From Pirellula staleyi DSM 6068 (GTDB lineage Bacteria > Planctomycetota > Planctomycetia > Pirellulales > Pirellulaceae): a stretch of DNA of 32,000 bases. The first letter of the stretch is position 1. Every line of letters begins with the position of its first letter. Both the position numbers and the translations under genes were made by a program. A model generated the notes under the pieces. That model did no database searches. It was given only the letters and a program-made list of their open reading frames with translations, and had not been told where the DNA came from. Location: positions 5,190,001 to 5,222,000 of the forward strand of contig CP001848.1 of NCBI GenBank assembly GCA_000025185.1, in the 5' to 3' direction. Positions 24,433 through 32,000 of the stretch are shown here, piece after piece.

Positions 24433-25374
24433 ATGCGTCGCCACTGGTTGCTATCAACGGTTGCTGCGGGCCTGCTTGCCAGTTCGTCGAGCTTGCTGGC
24501 CGATGAAGCTGCCGATCTGTTTGCCAAACTCGACAAGAACTCCGACGGCGCGATCACGACCGACGAGGTCTCTGCCGAGCAAAAACCACTGTTCGAGCGG
24601 ATGCTTCGAACCAGCGATAAAAACACCGATGGCAAGCTCTCGGGCGAAGAATTCGCCGCTGGTCTGAAGGGTCCCAAGCCTTCGCGCGAGCCTGTGGGAG
24701 GCGCTCCGCGCCCTGCAGTAGGTGGCGGACTCTCGGGGCTCATCCCTTCCCCCAAAGCGATGTTCGAGCGGATGGACCAGAACAAAGATGGCAAGCTCAC
24801 TAAAGACGAACTCCCCGATCGCTTGGCAGAGAACTTCGATCGAATCGATGCCAACAGCGATGGGAGCGTCGATTTGGCCGAGGCTGAAAAAATGATGGGA
24901 GCCTTGGGTGGTGCCTTGGCTGCTGGTGGTGGCGGTCCCGGCGCTGCGGGGATGATCTTCGATCGACTCGACAAAAACAGCGATGGCAAGCTCTCCAAGG
25001 AGGAGATTCCTGAAGATCGCCGCGAGCTGTTTGAAAAAATGGCTGCCCGCATCGATCCCCAGGGGGATGGCTCGGTGACGAAAGAGCAGTTCATCGCCGG
25101 GATGAAGATGATTTCCGAGGCCGCAGGGGCTGGTGGCAAACCTGCCGAGGGAACTCCTCCGGGTTCACCTGCTCCAGGAGCCGGAAACCCTGCCGACATG
25201 ATGCTGAAACGCCTCCAAGCGGCCGACACCAACGGCGACGGCAAACTGTCGCGCGAAGAAGCGCCCGAGCGTTTGCGTAACAGCTTCGATCTGGTGGATG
25301 CCAACGGCGACGACCTGATCGATGAAAAGGAAGTGAAGGCGCTGCTGGAGCGGCTCCGCCCGAGCCCCAAATAA
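24433..25374 (+). CDS. Secreted EF-hand repeat calcium-binding protein (8 EF loops)
   Basis: 313-aa ORF with signal peptide 'MRRHWLLSTVAAGLLASSSSLLA'. Eight DxNxDGxhxxxE-type loops: DKNSDGAITTDE, DKNTDGKLSGEE, DQNKDGKLTKDE, DANSDGSVDLAE, DKNSDGKLSKEE, DPQGDGSVTKEQ, DTNGDGKLSREE, DANGDDLIDEKE. Gly/Ala/Pro linkers separate the pairs. Confidence 0.88.
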   Translation: MRRHWLLSTVAAGLLASSSSLLADEAADLFAKLDKNSDGAITTDEVSAEQKPLFERMLRTSDKNTDGKLSGEEFAAGLKGPKPSREPVGGAPRPAVGGGLSGLIPSPKAMFERMDQNKDGKLTKDELPDRLAENFDRIDANSDGSVDLAEAEKMMGALGGALAAGGGGPGAAGMIFDRLDKNSDGKLSKEEIPEDRRELFEKMAARIDPQGDGSVTKEQFIAGMKMISEAAGAGGKPAEGTPPGSPAPGAGNPADMMLKRLQAADTNGDGKLSREEAPERLRNSFDLVDANGDDLIDEKEVKALLERLRPSPK

Positions 25375-25421
25375 TTGCTCGATCTCCCCCTCGTCAGCCG
25401 AGCGATTTTGTGACACATGTG

Positions 25422-25470
25422 GCGGGTCGGTTCTTCGCACCAAAAGCGGCGGATCGACCCGCATTTTTTT
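25422..25470 (+). terminator. Rho-independent terminator downstream of the EF-hand gene
   Basis: gcgggtcg (25422-25429) pairs with cgacccgc (25455-25462). Four more pairs including G-U extend the stem. 'a' plus T7 (25464-25470) follows. It starts 48 nt after the stop. Confidence 0.6.
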
Positions 25471-25785
25471 CGCTGCAGAATGGCGGCAAACCCTGTCTAT
25501 ACCACATTTTGCAGGAAATCGCGTCACAGCGTTGCTTGAGGAAACCAAAACAAGGTGAGTAGCGCGAACCTTCTAGCGCCGGTCGTTACTTTCCTCTTAG
25601 ACGGTTTTTCAGGCGACTAGTCCCCGGCAACGGCTGTCACCGCTTCGCACCGTTTTGGGGAATAAGAATCGAGGGGCGCGAGCGAATAGTAAGAAAGAGA
25701 GGCGTGTGTGGCCGATGCACATTCGCCCAACAACCGCGAGAAAATGTCGCTCCGAGAGTGAGATTTTGGCAGCCGCACTTGCCCG

Positions 25786-26133
25786 ATGAGCAACAATAGT
25801 AGTAGAAGCTCATCCGTCACTCGGCTGATCCGACACAGAGAGAGTAGCCACCCGCAAAACTTGGTTTCGACTTTTGACTCTCCACTAGAGCAAGGTACCA
25901 GGGCCGTGGATCAAGAAACCCCAGAACGAATCGAAGTGCTTCTCACCAGCGAAGGTGAAGCGGGCCGCGTGTCGGTCGATCTCGATGCGTTTGTCCGTTT
26001 CTCGATCGCGATGGAAGCGTCGCTCGAAACCTTGATGAACAACTGGAAGCACTATCCTCCAGTCCCCGCCAAAGATTTTGGTGGCAGCCGCCGCTCGACC
26101 GAACCGAGTTCGAAGCCCGAACTCGAAGAGTAA
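25786..26133 (+). CDS. Hypothetical small protein
   Basis: 115-aa ORF. The N-terminal ~40 aa are Ser/Arg-rich and may not be translated. The core 'IEVLLTSEGEAGRVSVDLDAFVRFSIAMEASLETLMNNW' looks like a folded protein. I recognise no motif. Confidence 0.4.
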   Translation: MSNNSSRSSSVTRLIRHRESSHPQNLVSTFDSPLEQGTRAVDQETPERIEVLLTSEGEAGRVSVDLDAFVRFSIAMEASLETLMNNWKHYPPVPAKDFGGSRRSTEPSSKPELEE

Positions 26134-26257
26134 AGCTTGCGGGGATTCCGCTCTGAACTGCGCCGGCTATCTGACCGCCGAATGTTGCCCGTATCTTTGG
26201 GGCACCTCGACAGAGCCTCAGCAGTGGCAACTTACTTGCAATCGTGCTTGTGGCTAG

Positions 26258-27958
26258 TTAGCTCTTGCGTCCGAAGCAAACCAGGCACATGTCGTCGTTT
26301 TGGGGTGCCTTGGTGAGATGGTTGCGAACGTCGTCGATGATGCGCTGGCCAGCTGCTTCGGGCCGTTCTCCCACCCGTTCCAAATGCCGCCGCATCCGGT
26401 CGATGGTATAGAACGAGCCATCGGCTGCGATCGCTTCGTTAATGCCATCCGTATAAAGAGTTACCGTTTCACCGGCAGCAATGGTGAACTCCTCTTGCTC
26501 GTAACCGACTGCGTCGGTGATGCCGAGTGGTAAGCCAGCCACCGCTTCACCTGGTTCGATAATCTCTCCGGTCTTTTTCCGAACCAGCGGCGCCATATGC
26601 CCGGCACTGGCAACCGTCATGTGATGCGTGCGGGGATCGAGGATCACCAGCACCATCGTTACGAACCGCTGAATGTTGAGCGCGCTGATACGCTGGTTCA
26701 GCATCGTCATGGCGGCCGAGGCGGTGGTTTCGCTGAAGAGACTGTAGCGCGTTTCGGCCGAAAGTTTGGCCATCAGCAGAGCTGCTGCGACACCGTGCCC
26801 CACGACATCTGCCACGACAATCGCCAGGCGACCATCGGGGAGCGGAATGTAGTCGAAATAGTCGCCACCGATCAGGTCGGTGGATTTGTAGTAGTCGTAA
26901 AACTCATATCCTGGCAGATCGGGCTTCCGGTCGGGAAGGAACCCCATTTGCACGTCGTGCGCGAGTTTCATATCGCGCTCGGTCTCTTTTTGCTTGAGCG
27001 CCGACTCGAGCAACTGTGCATTTTGAATCGCAATCGAGGCCTGCGAAGCCATGCTCGCTAGGAGTTCCAAATCGTCGGGCTGAAAACGCTTTCGCTGATC
27101 GAGCGTGTCGATCTGCAGCGCGCCCATCGCCTTCCCTTCGCTATCGATCAGCGGGGCGCACATCATCGAGCGAATCCGGAAATCGGCGATGCTTTGGCTC
27201 ATCTCGAAACGTTCGTCGCTCGCGGCATCAGCCGACAGAATCGCCTCGCGCGATTCCATCACGTGGCGAATGATCGTTTTACTGATCCGGAGCGAATCGC
27301 TGGCATCTTCGCGGCGCATCCGCACCCAGCGAGGCAGCAGCTGACCATCGGGCGACTCGAGCACAATGAACCCGCGATCGGCCTGCACGAAAATCTTGAA
27401 GAGTGCTTTGAGCAAATTCGGAAGCACATCGTCGAGCACCAAGGCCCGGCCGAGGCTTTGCGTAATCTCCACCAGGGCTGCCAGCTTCACTTCGGGACTC
27501 GCCGAGATGTTTAGACTGCCGCGGCTGGTGCTGGTGACATCGAGCTTCGACATGATCGTGCCGCCACCCGACTGCGTGGCATCGTCGACCAGCAAAGTCC
27601 CTAGTCCGGCCCCATCGATCATCCCGCCGAGCATGTTGCCCGCCATCACTGGCTGAGGCGGGGCTTCGATGGCATAGGTAAAAGTCACTTCGCAAACCCG
27701 CACCTGATCTCCATGCCGAAGCAAGCGACGACCATCGATCTTGCTCGGCTCATCGTTGAGGAACGTACCGTTGCGACTTCCGAGGTCTTCCAAAAAGTAG
27801 GCATTCCCATCGCGCACCAACTGACAATGGTTGCGGCTGACAGCTCCCACTTCGATCACGATATCGCAATCGGGATGGCGTCCCATCACGTACTTGGGAT
27901 CCCTCAGATCGTAGCGACGACCAGCAGCAGGTCCGTTGTTGGCGGTGAGGTAGAACAT
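26258..27958 (-). CDS. FHA-GAF-PP2C (SpoIIE/RsbU-type) serine phosphatase
   Basis: The ORF is open to 28045. The Met at 27958 ('MFYLTANNG') is preceded by GGAGGAG (reverse complement of 27964-27970). FHA: 'YVMGRHPDCDIVIEVGAVSRNHCQLVRDGNAYFLEDLGSRNGTFLND'. The central region is GAF-like. PP2C/SpoIIE: 'GGDYFDYIPLPDGRLAIVVADVVGHGVAAALLMA', 'SAGHMAPL', 'LYTDGINEA', 'DDMCLVCF'. Confidence 0.9.
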   Translation of the reverse strand: MFYLTANNGPAAGRRYDLRDPKYVMGRHPDCDIVIEVGAVSRNHCQLVRDGNAYFLEDLGSRNGTFLNDEPSKIDGRRLLRHGDQVRVCEVTFTYAIEAPPQPVMAGNMLGGMIDGAGLGTLLVDDATQSGGGTIMSKLDVTSTSRGSLNISASPEVKLAALVEITQSLGRALVLDDVLPNLLKALFKIFVQADRGFIVLESPDGQLLPRWVRMRREDASDSLRISKTIIRHVMESREAILSADAASDERFEMSQSIADFRIRSMMCAPLIDSEGKAMGALQIDTLDQRKRFQPDDLELLASMASQASIAIQNAQLLESALKQKETERDMKLAHDVQMGFLPDRKPDLPGYEFYDYYKSTDLIGGDYFDYIPLPDGRLAIVVADVVGHGVAAALLMAKLSAETRYSLFSETTASAAMTMLNQRISALNIQRFVTMVLVILDPRTHHMTVASAGHMAPLVRKKTGEIIEPGEAVAGLPLGITDAVGYEQEEFTIAAGETVTLYTDGINEAIAADGSFYTIDRMRRHLERVGERPEAAGQRIIDDVRNHLTKAPQNDDMCLVCFGRKS

Positions 27959-28295
27959 GAACTCCTCCGGGCACTTGTCCCAGAGACTTTCCGTGACGTT
28001 GCGATGGGTGGCTAGTAGCGTGGTGGATGCAGCAGCAGACCCCAAAGTGGCAGACGCGGCGCAGAGAGAATTTTCAGCGGCGGCTGTCGACCTCAGAGGA
28101 TACCCTGGCGATTGTAGAACTGCCTGCTAGAAAGCGTCAACCAAGGGGAGTCGACAACCCGATTTCGATTGCGCGAAAGTTCGCTGCCGGGTGCGAGAAA
28201 TCTGCTGTCGTCGATAGACAAAACCACAGACGGCGACGAAAGATGGGAGATCGACACCCCTCTCCACTTCGCTGCATCTTGGCAAGGCTCTCCCT

Positions 28296-30185
28296 GTGGC
28301 AACCGAAAAATCGAATGTCGACAGCACTCCCGACGAGCATGAATCGCCGCTCCAGCGGACCATTTATGCTTCGATTGCCGTGATTGCACTCACCTCGCTG
28401 GTGGTCTTCGGAGTGCTGCATCAAGTTCGCGCTGATCAACCCGAAAATGTCTGGGTGCTCTACTTTGCCCTTGCTGCGGGAACTCCGATTCTCTTCGACC
28501 TTGTTCGCAAGCTCGTGAAACTCGATTTCGGGAGCGACTTGCTGGCTGGCATTTCGATCGTGACTTCGATTTTGATGGGAGAGTATCTCGCCGGGGTGTT
28601 TGTGGTGCTAATGGTTTCCGGCGGCGAAACGATCGAGCGTTTTGCGGTCGAACGAGCTTCGAGCGTTTTGGCGGCACTGGCCAAACGTATGCCCACGATC
28701 GCGCATCGCAAAAATGGAGCGATCGTCGATCTTCCGATCGAAGCGATCCAGGTGGGAGATAAGCTGGTCGTTTTTCCCCACGAGATCTGCCCGGCCGACG
28801 GACTCGTGATCGAAGGACACGGTACGATGGACGAGTCGTACCTCACGGGAGAGCCGTACCAGGTTTCGAAAACGCCGGGGGCTGAAGTTATCTCGGGAGC
28901 CCTCAACGGCAACAGCGCACTGACGATCGAAACGTTGCGTCGTCCCGAGGAATCACGCTACGCTCAAATCATTCGTGTGATGCGGGCTAGCGAGTCGGAT
29001 CGCCCACACTTGCGCCGTTTGGGAGATCAACTCGGAGCACTGTATACCCCACTGGCCGTTGCGATTGCTGTGATCACCTGGGTGGTGACCGGCGAACCGC
29101 GACGCTTTCTGGCGGTGATGGTCACCGCGACGCCATGCCCCCTTTTGATTGCCATTCCAGTCGCAGTGATCGGCGCGATTTCGCTCGCCGCAAGGCGCGG
29201 AATTATCATTCGCCGGCCAGCGATTTTGGAAATGGTAGATCGCTGCAAGATCGCGATTTTTGACAAGACCGGCACACTTACCTATGGGAAGCCCGCTTTA
29301 ACCAGTGTGGCAACCGAGCCCTCGTTCTCGCGCGAGGAAGTTCTCGCCCGGACCGCGAGTCTCGAACGTTATTCCAAGCACCCGCTGGCCACTGCGATTC
29401 TCGAGGCAGCATCAGCGGCGAAACTTCCACTGGCCGATGCATCGCAGATCAGCGAGCGACCAGGGCAGGGGCTCACCGGTGTGGTAGAGGGGGAGACGAT
29501 CCAGGTGACGAGTCGCAGCAAGCTCCTGAAGCAACAGCCGGAGCTGGCTGCCAAAATACCGACAGAAACGGTCGGTTTACACTGCGTTGTGCTGATTGGT
29601 GGCAAGTATGCCGCCACGCTGGCGTTTCGCGATCAGCCTCGCGCCGACAGCCGACGTTTTGTCGATCATCTGGGGCCTAATCACCAGTTTGATCGAGTGA
29701 TGATCATCTCGGGAGATCAAGAGAAAGAGGTTCGCGCGCTAGCCGATCAGGTGGGGATCACCGAGATCTATGCCAGCCAAAGCCCCGAACAGAAACTCGC
29801 GCGGGTGAAGCAGCTCACAGCCCAAGCTCCGACGCTCTACCTCGGCGATGGTATTAACGACGCACCAGCGCTGGCGGGAAGCACCGTGGGACTCGCGTTT
29901 GGCAATGTGAGCGATATTACGAGTGAAGCTTCAAGCGCTGTGCTGCTCGAAAGTTCGCTGCAGAAAGTGGACGAACTGATTCACATCGGCCATCGGATGC
30001 GAACCATCGCGCTGCAAAGTGCCGTGGGTGGGATGGCCGCCAGCTTGATCGCGATGGGGCTCGCTTCGCTGGGGCTCCTCAGCCCGGTGGAAGGGGCGGT
30101 GGTGCAAGAGCTGATCGACATCGTGGCGGTGCTCAATGCCCTGCGGGTGGCCTGGCCACCCAAGCAGCTGTCGGACTTTCAGTAG
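28296..30185 (+). CDS. P1B-type heavy-metal-translocating P-type ATPase with TPCP transmembrane motif (P1B-5-like), no soluble metal-binding domains
   Basis: 629-aa ORF with GTG start. Motifs: 'TGEP' (actuator domain), 'DKTGTLT' (phosphorylation site), 'GDGINDAPAL' (hinge). Eight predicted TM helices (4 before the actuator domain). The metal-site helix reads 'VTATPCPLLIAIP' (TPCP encoded at 29130-29141). There is no N-terminal CxxC/HMA domain and no C-terminal extension. Confidence 0.93.
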   Translation: MATEKSNVDSTPDEHESPLQRTIYASIAVIALTSLVVFGVLHQVRADQPENVWVLYFALAAGTPILFDLVRKLVKLDFGSDLLAGISIVTSILMGEYLAGVFVVLMVSGGETIERFAVERASSVLAALAKRMPTIAHRKNGAIVDLPIEAIQVGDKLVVFPHEICPADGLVIEGHGTMDESYLTGEPYQVSKTPGAEVISGALNGNSALTIETLRRPEESRYAQIIRVMRASESDRPHLRRLGDQLGALYTPLAVAIAVITWVVTGEPRRFLAVMVTATPCPLLIAIPVAVIGAISLAARRGIIIRRPAILEMVDRCKIAIFDKTGTLTYGKPALTSVATEPSFSREEVLARTASLERYSKHPLATAILEAASAAKLPLADASQISERPGQGLTGVVEGETIQVTSRSKLLKQQPELAAKIPTETVGLHCVVLIGGKYAATLAFRDQPRADSRRFVDHLGPNHQFDRVMIISGDQEKEVRALADQVGITEIYASQSPEQKLARVKQLTAQAPTLYLGDGINDAPALAGSTVGLAFGNVSDITSEASSAVLLESSLQKVDELIHIGHRMRTIALQSAVGGMAASLIAMGLASLGLLSPVEGAVVQELIDIVAVLNALRVAWPPKQLSDFQ

Positions 30186-30607
30186 CCTCGCCCCTCCTGT
30201 CCAGACTTGCCCGAGATTCTTCTTACCCCTTGGTCGCAGGGGAAAATCGACACGCGTTTTGTTGCGCAAAAGCGCGCATTTGGCGCGCTCACGCGCGCCC
30301 CTCCACTCCATGCCGGGGGATCGGCTTGCACGTGCTTACGGCTGTCAGGTACTCAAGCTCCTCAGAACGCTTGTTACAACCGCTACGACCGTATCCGTAC
30401 TGCCTCTTAGGGGGCGAATGGTCGCACTGCCCGGGTTGGAATAAGGAGGTTTGATTTGCCGCTCGGTTGCATGCGACCTAGGTTTCACCTACAGGCGGCG
30501 GGCAGTCGTGCCGCGTCTGGGAACCGACCCCGACTCGCTGGCGAGATCTCTCTCGTAAGTCGAGCCATGCCAAGCCGATTCTCCTGCCAGGACATACTGC
30601 CGGGCCC

Positions 30608-32000
30608 ATGGAACCAACGCTACCAGACAGCAGACACGCCACCAGCGAGACCTCTCGGCAAAATACGCTCGAGCAGGCCGACGCTAATTTGGCGACCGTT
30701 TCATCGTTGCTGTCGACCCTCACCAGCGAAGTCGATGTCGCGCAAGATTCAGCCGACCTCGCGTTCGAAAATCGTCTGGTACAAGTCCGTTTGGGTCTCG
30801 CTAGTGGCCTTTTCGGAGCACTCCGAGCTCGTCACGCTCCCACCGCTGCTCACTGCCTGCGGGTAGCGCTCGGCTGTAGCGCCTGGTCGGCCTCGCTGTC
30901 ACTCGCTGAAGAGCAGCGCGACTCGATTGAAGTCGGCGCACTGCTGCACGACGTCGGCAAAATTGGCATCCCCGATCACATCCTGCTGAAGCCGGGCAAA
31001 CTTTCGCCCGAAGAGTACCTGACGGTCGAACAGCATCGCCGCGTCGGCCTCGGAATTCTGTCGCACTGCTGTGCCTCGGGGGATGTGCTGGCGATTGTTC
31101 AGCACAGTGGCGCATGGTTCGATGGGAGCCGCGATGGATACAATCTGTCCGGTGACGACCTGCCGATGGGTGCGCGCATGGTGTCGATTGTCGATGCCTT
31201 CGATGCGATGACCACCGATCAAATCTATCGCCGCGCCATGTCGCGCGAACGGGCCCTCGCCGAACTCTTTGAGTTCGCAGGGACACAGTTCGATCCACAG
31301 TTGGTGCAAGACTTCTGCGCCTACATCTCGAGCGAGTCGGCGTCGCTACCAGGGGCCGTCGCGCGTCGCTGGCTCAAGCAACTTTCTCCCGAGAATTCCA
31401 ATGAATTTTGGCGATTAGAGTATCGCGCCCCTGCTGCTCCATCGACCAACACCTGCGATGCCGTGTTCCAGCACAAGTTGCTCGAGAGCATGCACGATGC
31501 GGTGATCTTCGTCGACAACAACTTGCAGATCGTGCACTGGAATCGCGCTGCCGAACGTCTCACTGGGATCGCCGCGTCGAGCATCGAACATAAGAAGTGG
31601 TCCCCCTCGCTCGTGAGTCTGCGGGACGAAAAGGAACGTCTGATCGACGATCCTGAGTGCCCAGTCATTCAAGCGATCAAGAACGGTGTGCAAACGGTCC
31701 GCCGCTTGAGCGTGACAGGTCGCAACGGACAACGCGTCGATATCGATGCCCACCTCGTTCCCGTACATGGCAAAAATGGTTTGATGCATGGGGCCGCCGT
31801 GCTGCTGCACGATGCCTCGAGTCGCATCACGCTCGAGCAGCGCGTGCAAACACTGCATGAGAAAGCCACGCGCGATCCTCTCACGCAGGTGGCCAACCGC
31901 GCCGAGTTCGACGAGATTCATGCCACCTATGTCCAGTCGCATCGCGACCGCCGTTTGCCGTTCAGCTTGATCATCTGCGATATCGACTATTTCAAGCGAA
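30608..32000 (+). CDS. HD-GYP(variant)-PAS-GGDEF c-di-GMP signalling protein (3' end beyond the window)
   Basis: Hand-translated frame-2 ORF, absent from the supplied track because it has no stop inside the window. It is open from the TAG at 30479-30481; the first ATG is at 30608. HD-GYP domain: 'HCLRVALGCSAWSASLSLAEEQRDSIEVGALLHDVGKIGIPDHILLKPGKLSPEEY...MGARMVSIVDAFDAMTTDQIYRRAMS'. PAS: 'LLESMHDAVIFVDNNLQIVHWNRAAERLTGI'. GGDEF N-terminal part: 'TRDPLTQVANRAEFDE...SLIICDIDYFKR'. Confidence 0.85.
   Translation, partial: MEPTLPDSRHATSETSRQNTLEQADANLATVSSLLSTLTSEVDVAQDSADLAFENRLVQVRLGLASGLFGALRARHAPTAAHCLRVALGCSAWSASLSLAEEQRDSIEVGALLHDVGKIGIPDHILLKPGKLSPEEYLTVEQHRRVGLGILSHCCASGDVLAIVQHSGAWFDGSRDGYNLSGDDLPMGARMVSIVDAFDAMTTDQIYRRAMSRERALAELFEFAGTQFDPQLVQDFCAYISSESASLPGAVARRWLKQLSPENSNEFWRLEYRAPAAPSTNTCDAVFQHKLLESMHDAVIFVDNNLQIVHWNRAAERLTGIAASSIEHKKWSPSLVSLRDEKERLIDDPECPVIQAIKNGVQTVRRLSVTGRNGQRVDIDAHLVPVHGKNGLMHGAAVLLHDASSRITLEQRVQTLHEKATRDPLTQVANRAEFDEIHATYVQSHRDRRLPFSLIICDIDYFKR

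Noticed and set aside
24411-25418. 335-aa minus-strand ORF covering the EF-hand gene.
   Set aside because: It is antisense to a gene with eight canonical EF-hand loops and a signal peptide. The product is a Ser/Pro/Ala/Arg low-complexity string, so it is a shadow ORF.
30456-30866. Programmed -1 frameshift from the SD/TTG ORF (frame 0) into the HD-GYP frame (frame 2).
   Set aside because: I could find no X_XXY_YYZ slippery heptamer in the overlap. The frame-2 ORF also has its own ATG at 30608 with a plausible N-terminal helix region. The SD/TTG is reported only as an unexplained observation.
30801-31942. Four minus-strand ORFs (165, 136, 115 and 175 aa) listed in the track at the right end of the window.
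   Set aside because: All are antisense to the hand-translated HD-GYP/PAS/GGDEF frame, which has clear domain motifs and no stop from 30482 to the window end.

Overview
GC-rich bacterial chromosomal window. Gene content and style suggest a Planctomycetota (Pirellulales-like) genome: long ORF-free spacers, secreted EF-hand repeat protein, RGG-tailed PNPase, MoxR/DUF58/transglutaminase set. This taxonomic call is inference only.

I support 24 protein-coding genes.
- Envelope and lipid: DAG-kinase-family lipid kinase, kdsA, and a lipoprotein coupled to kdsA by an ATGA overlap.
- HNH endonuclease, convergent with a minus-strand DUF58 -> transglutaminase-like membrane protein -> MoxR AAA+ operon.
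- Two convergent small hypothetical proteins.
- Carboxylesterase, ferritin-like protein, Rrf2 regulator plus IMPase-family phosphatase, and a thioredoxin-fold protein without CXXC.
- rpsO and pnp.
- Sensorless histidine kinase, Fur-family regulator, FlgM-like anti-sigma factor, secreted 8-loop EF-hand protein, and a small hypothetical protein.
- FHA-GAF-PP2C phosphatase, divergent from a TPCP-motif (P1B-5-like) P-type ATPase.
- An HD-GYP(variant)-PAS-GGDEF protein that runs off the right edge and is absent from the supplied ORF track.

I found no rRNA, tRNA, CRISPR array, transposase or integrase, and no recognisable defence island.

Most worth a second look:
- A ~1.2 kb ORF-free region (13370-14608) with a sigma70-like promoter bracketed by a perfect 9-bp inverted repeat. 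It may be a long leader or a large ncRNA.
- The TPCP ATPase and FHA-GAF-PP2C divergent pair.
- The degenerate HD-GYP/PAS/GGDEF protein with an orphan perfect Shine-Dalgarno upstream.
- The 660-nt rpsO-pnp spacer and the RGG tail on PNPase.

Several very long antisense ORFs in the track are GC-driven shadow ORFs and were rejected.
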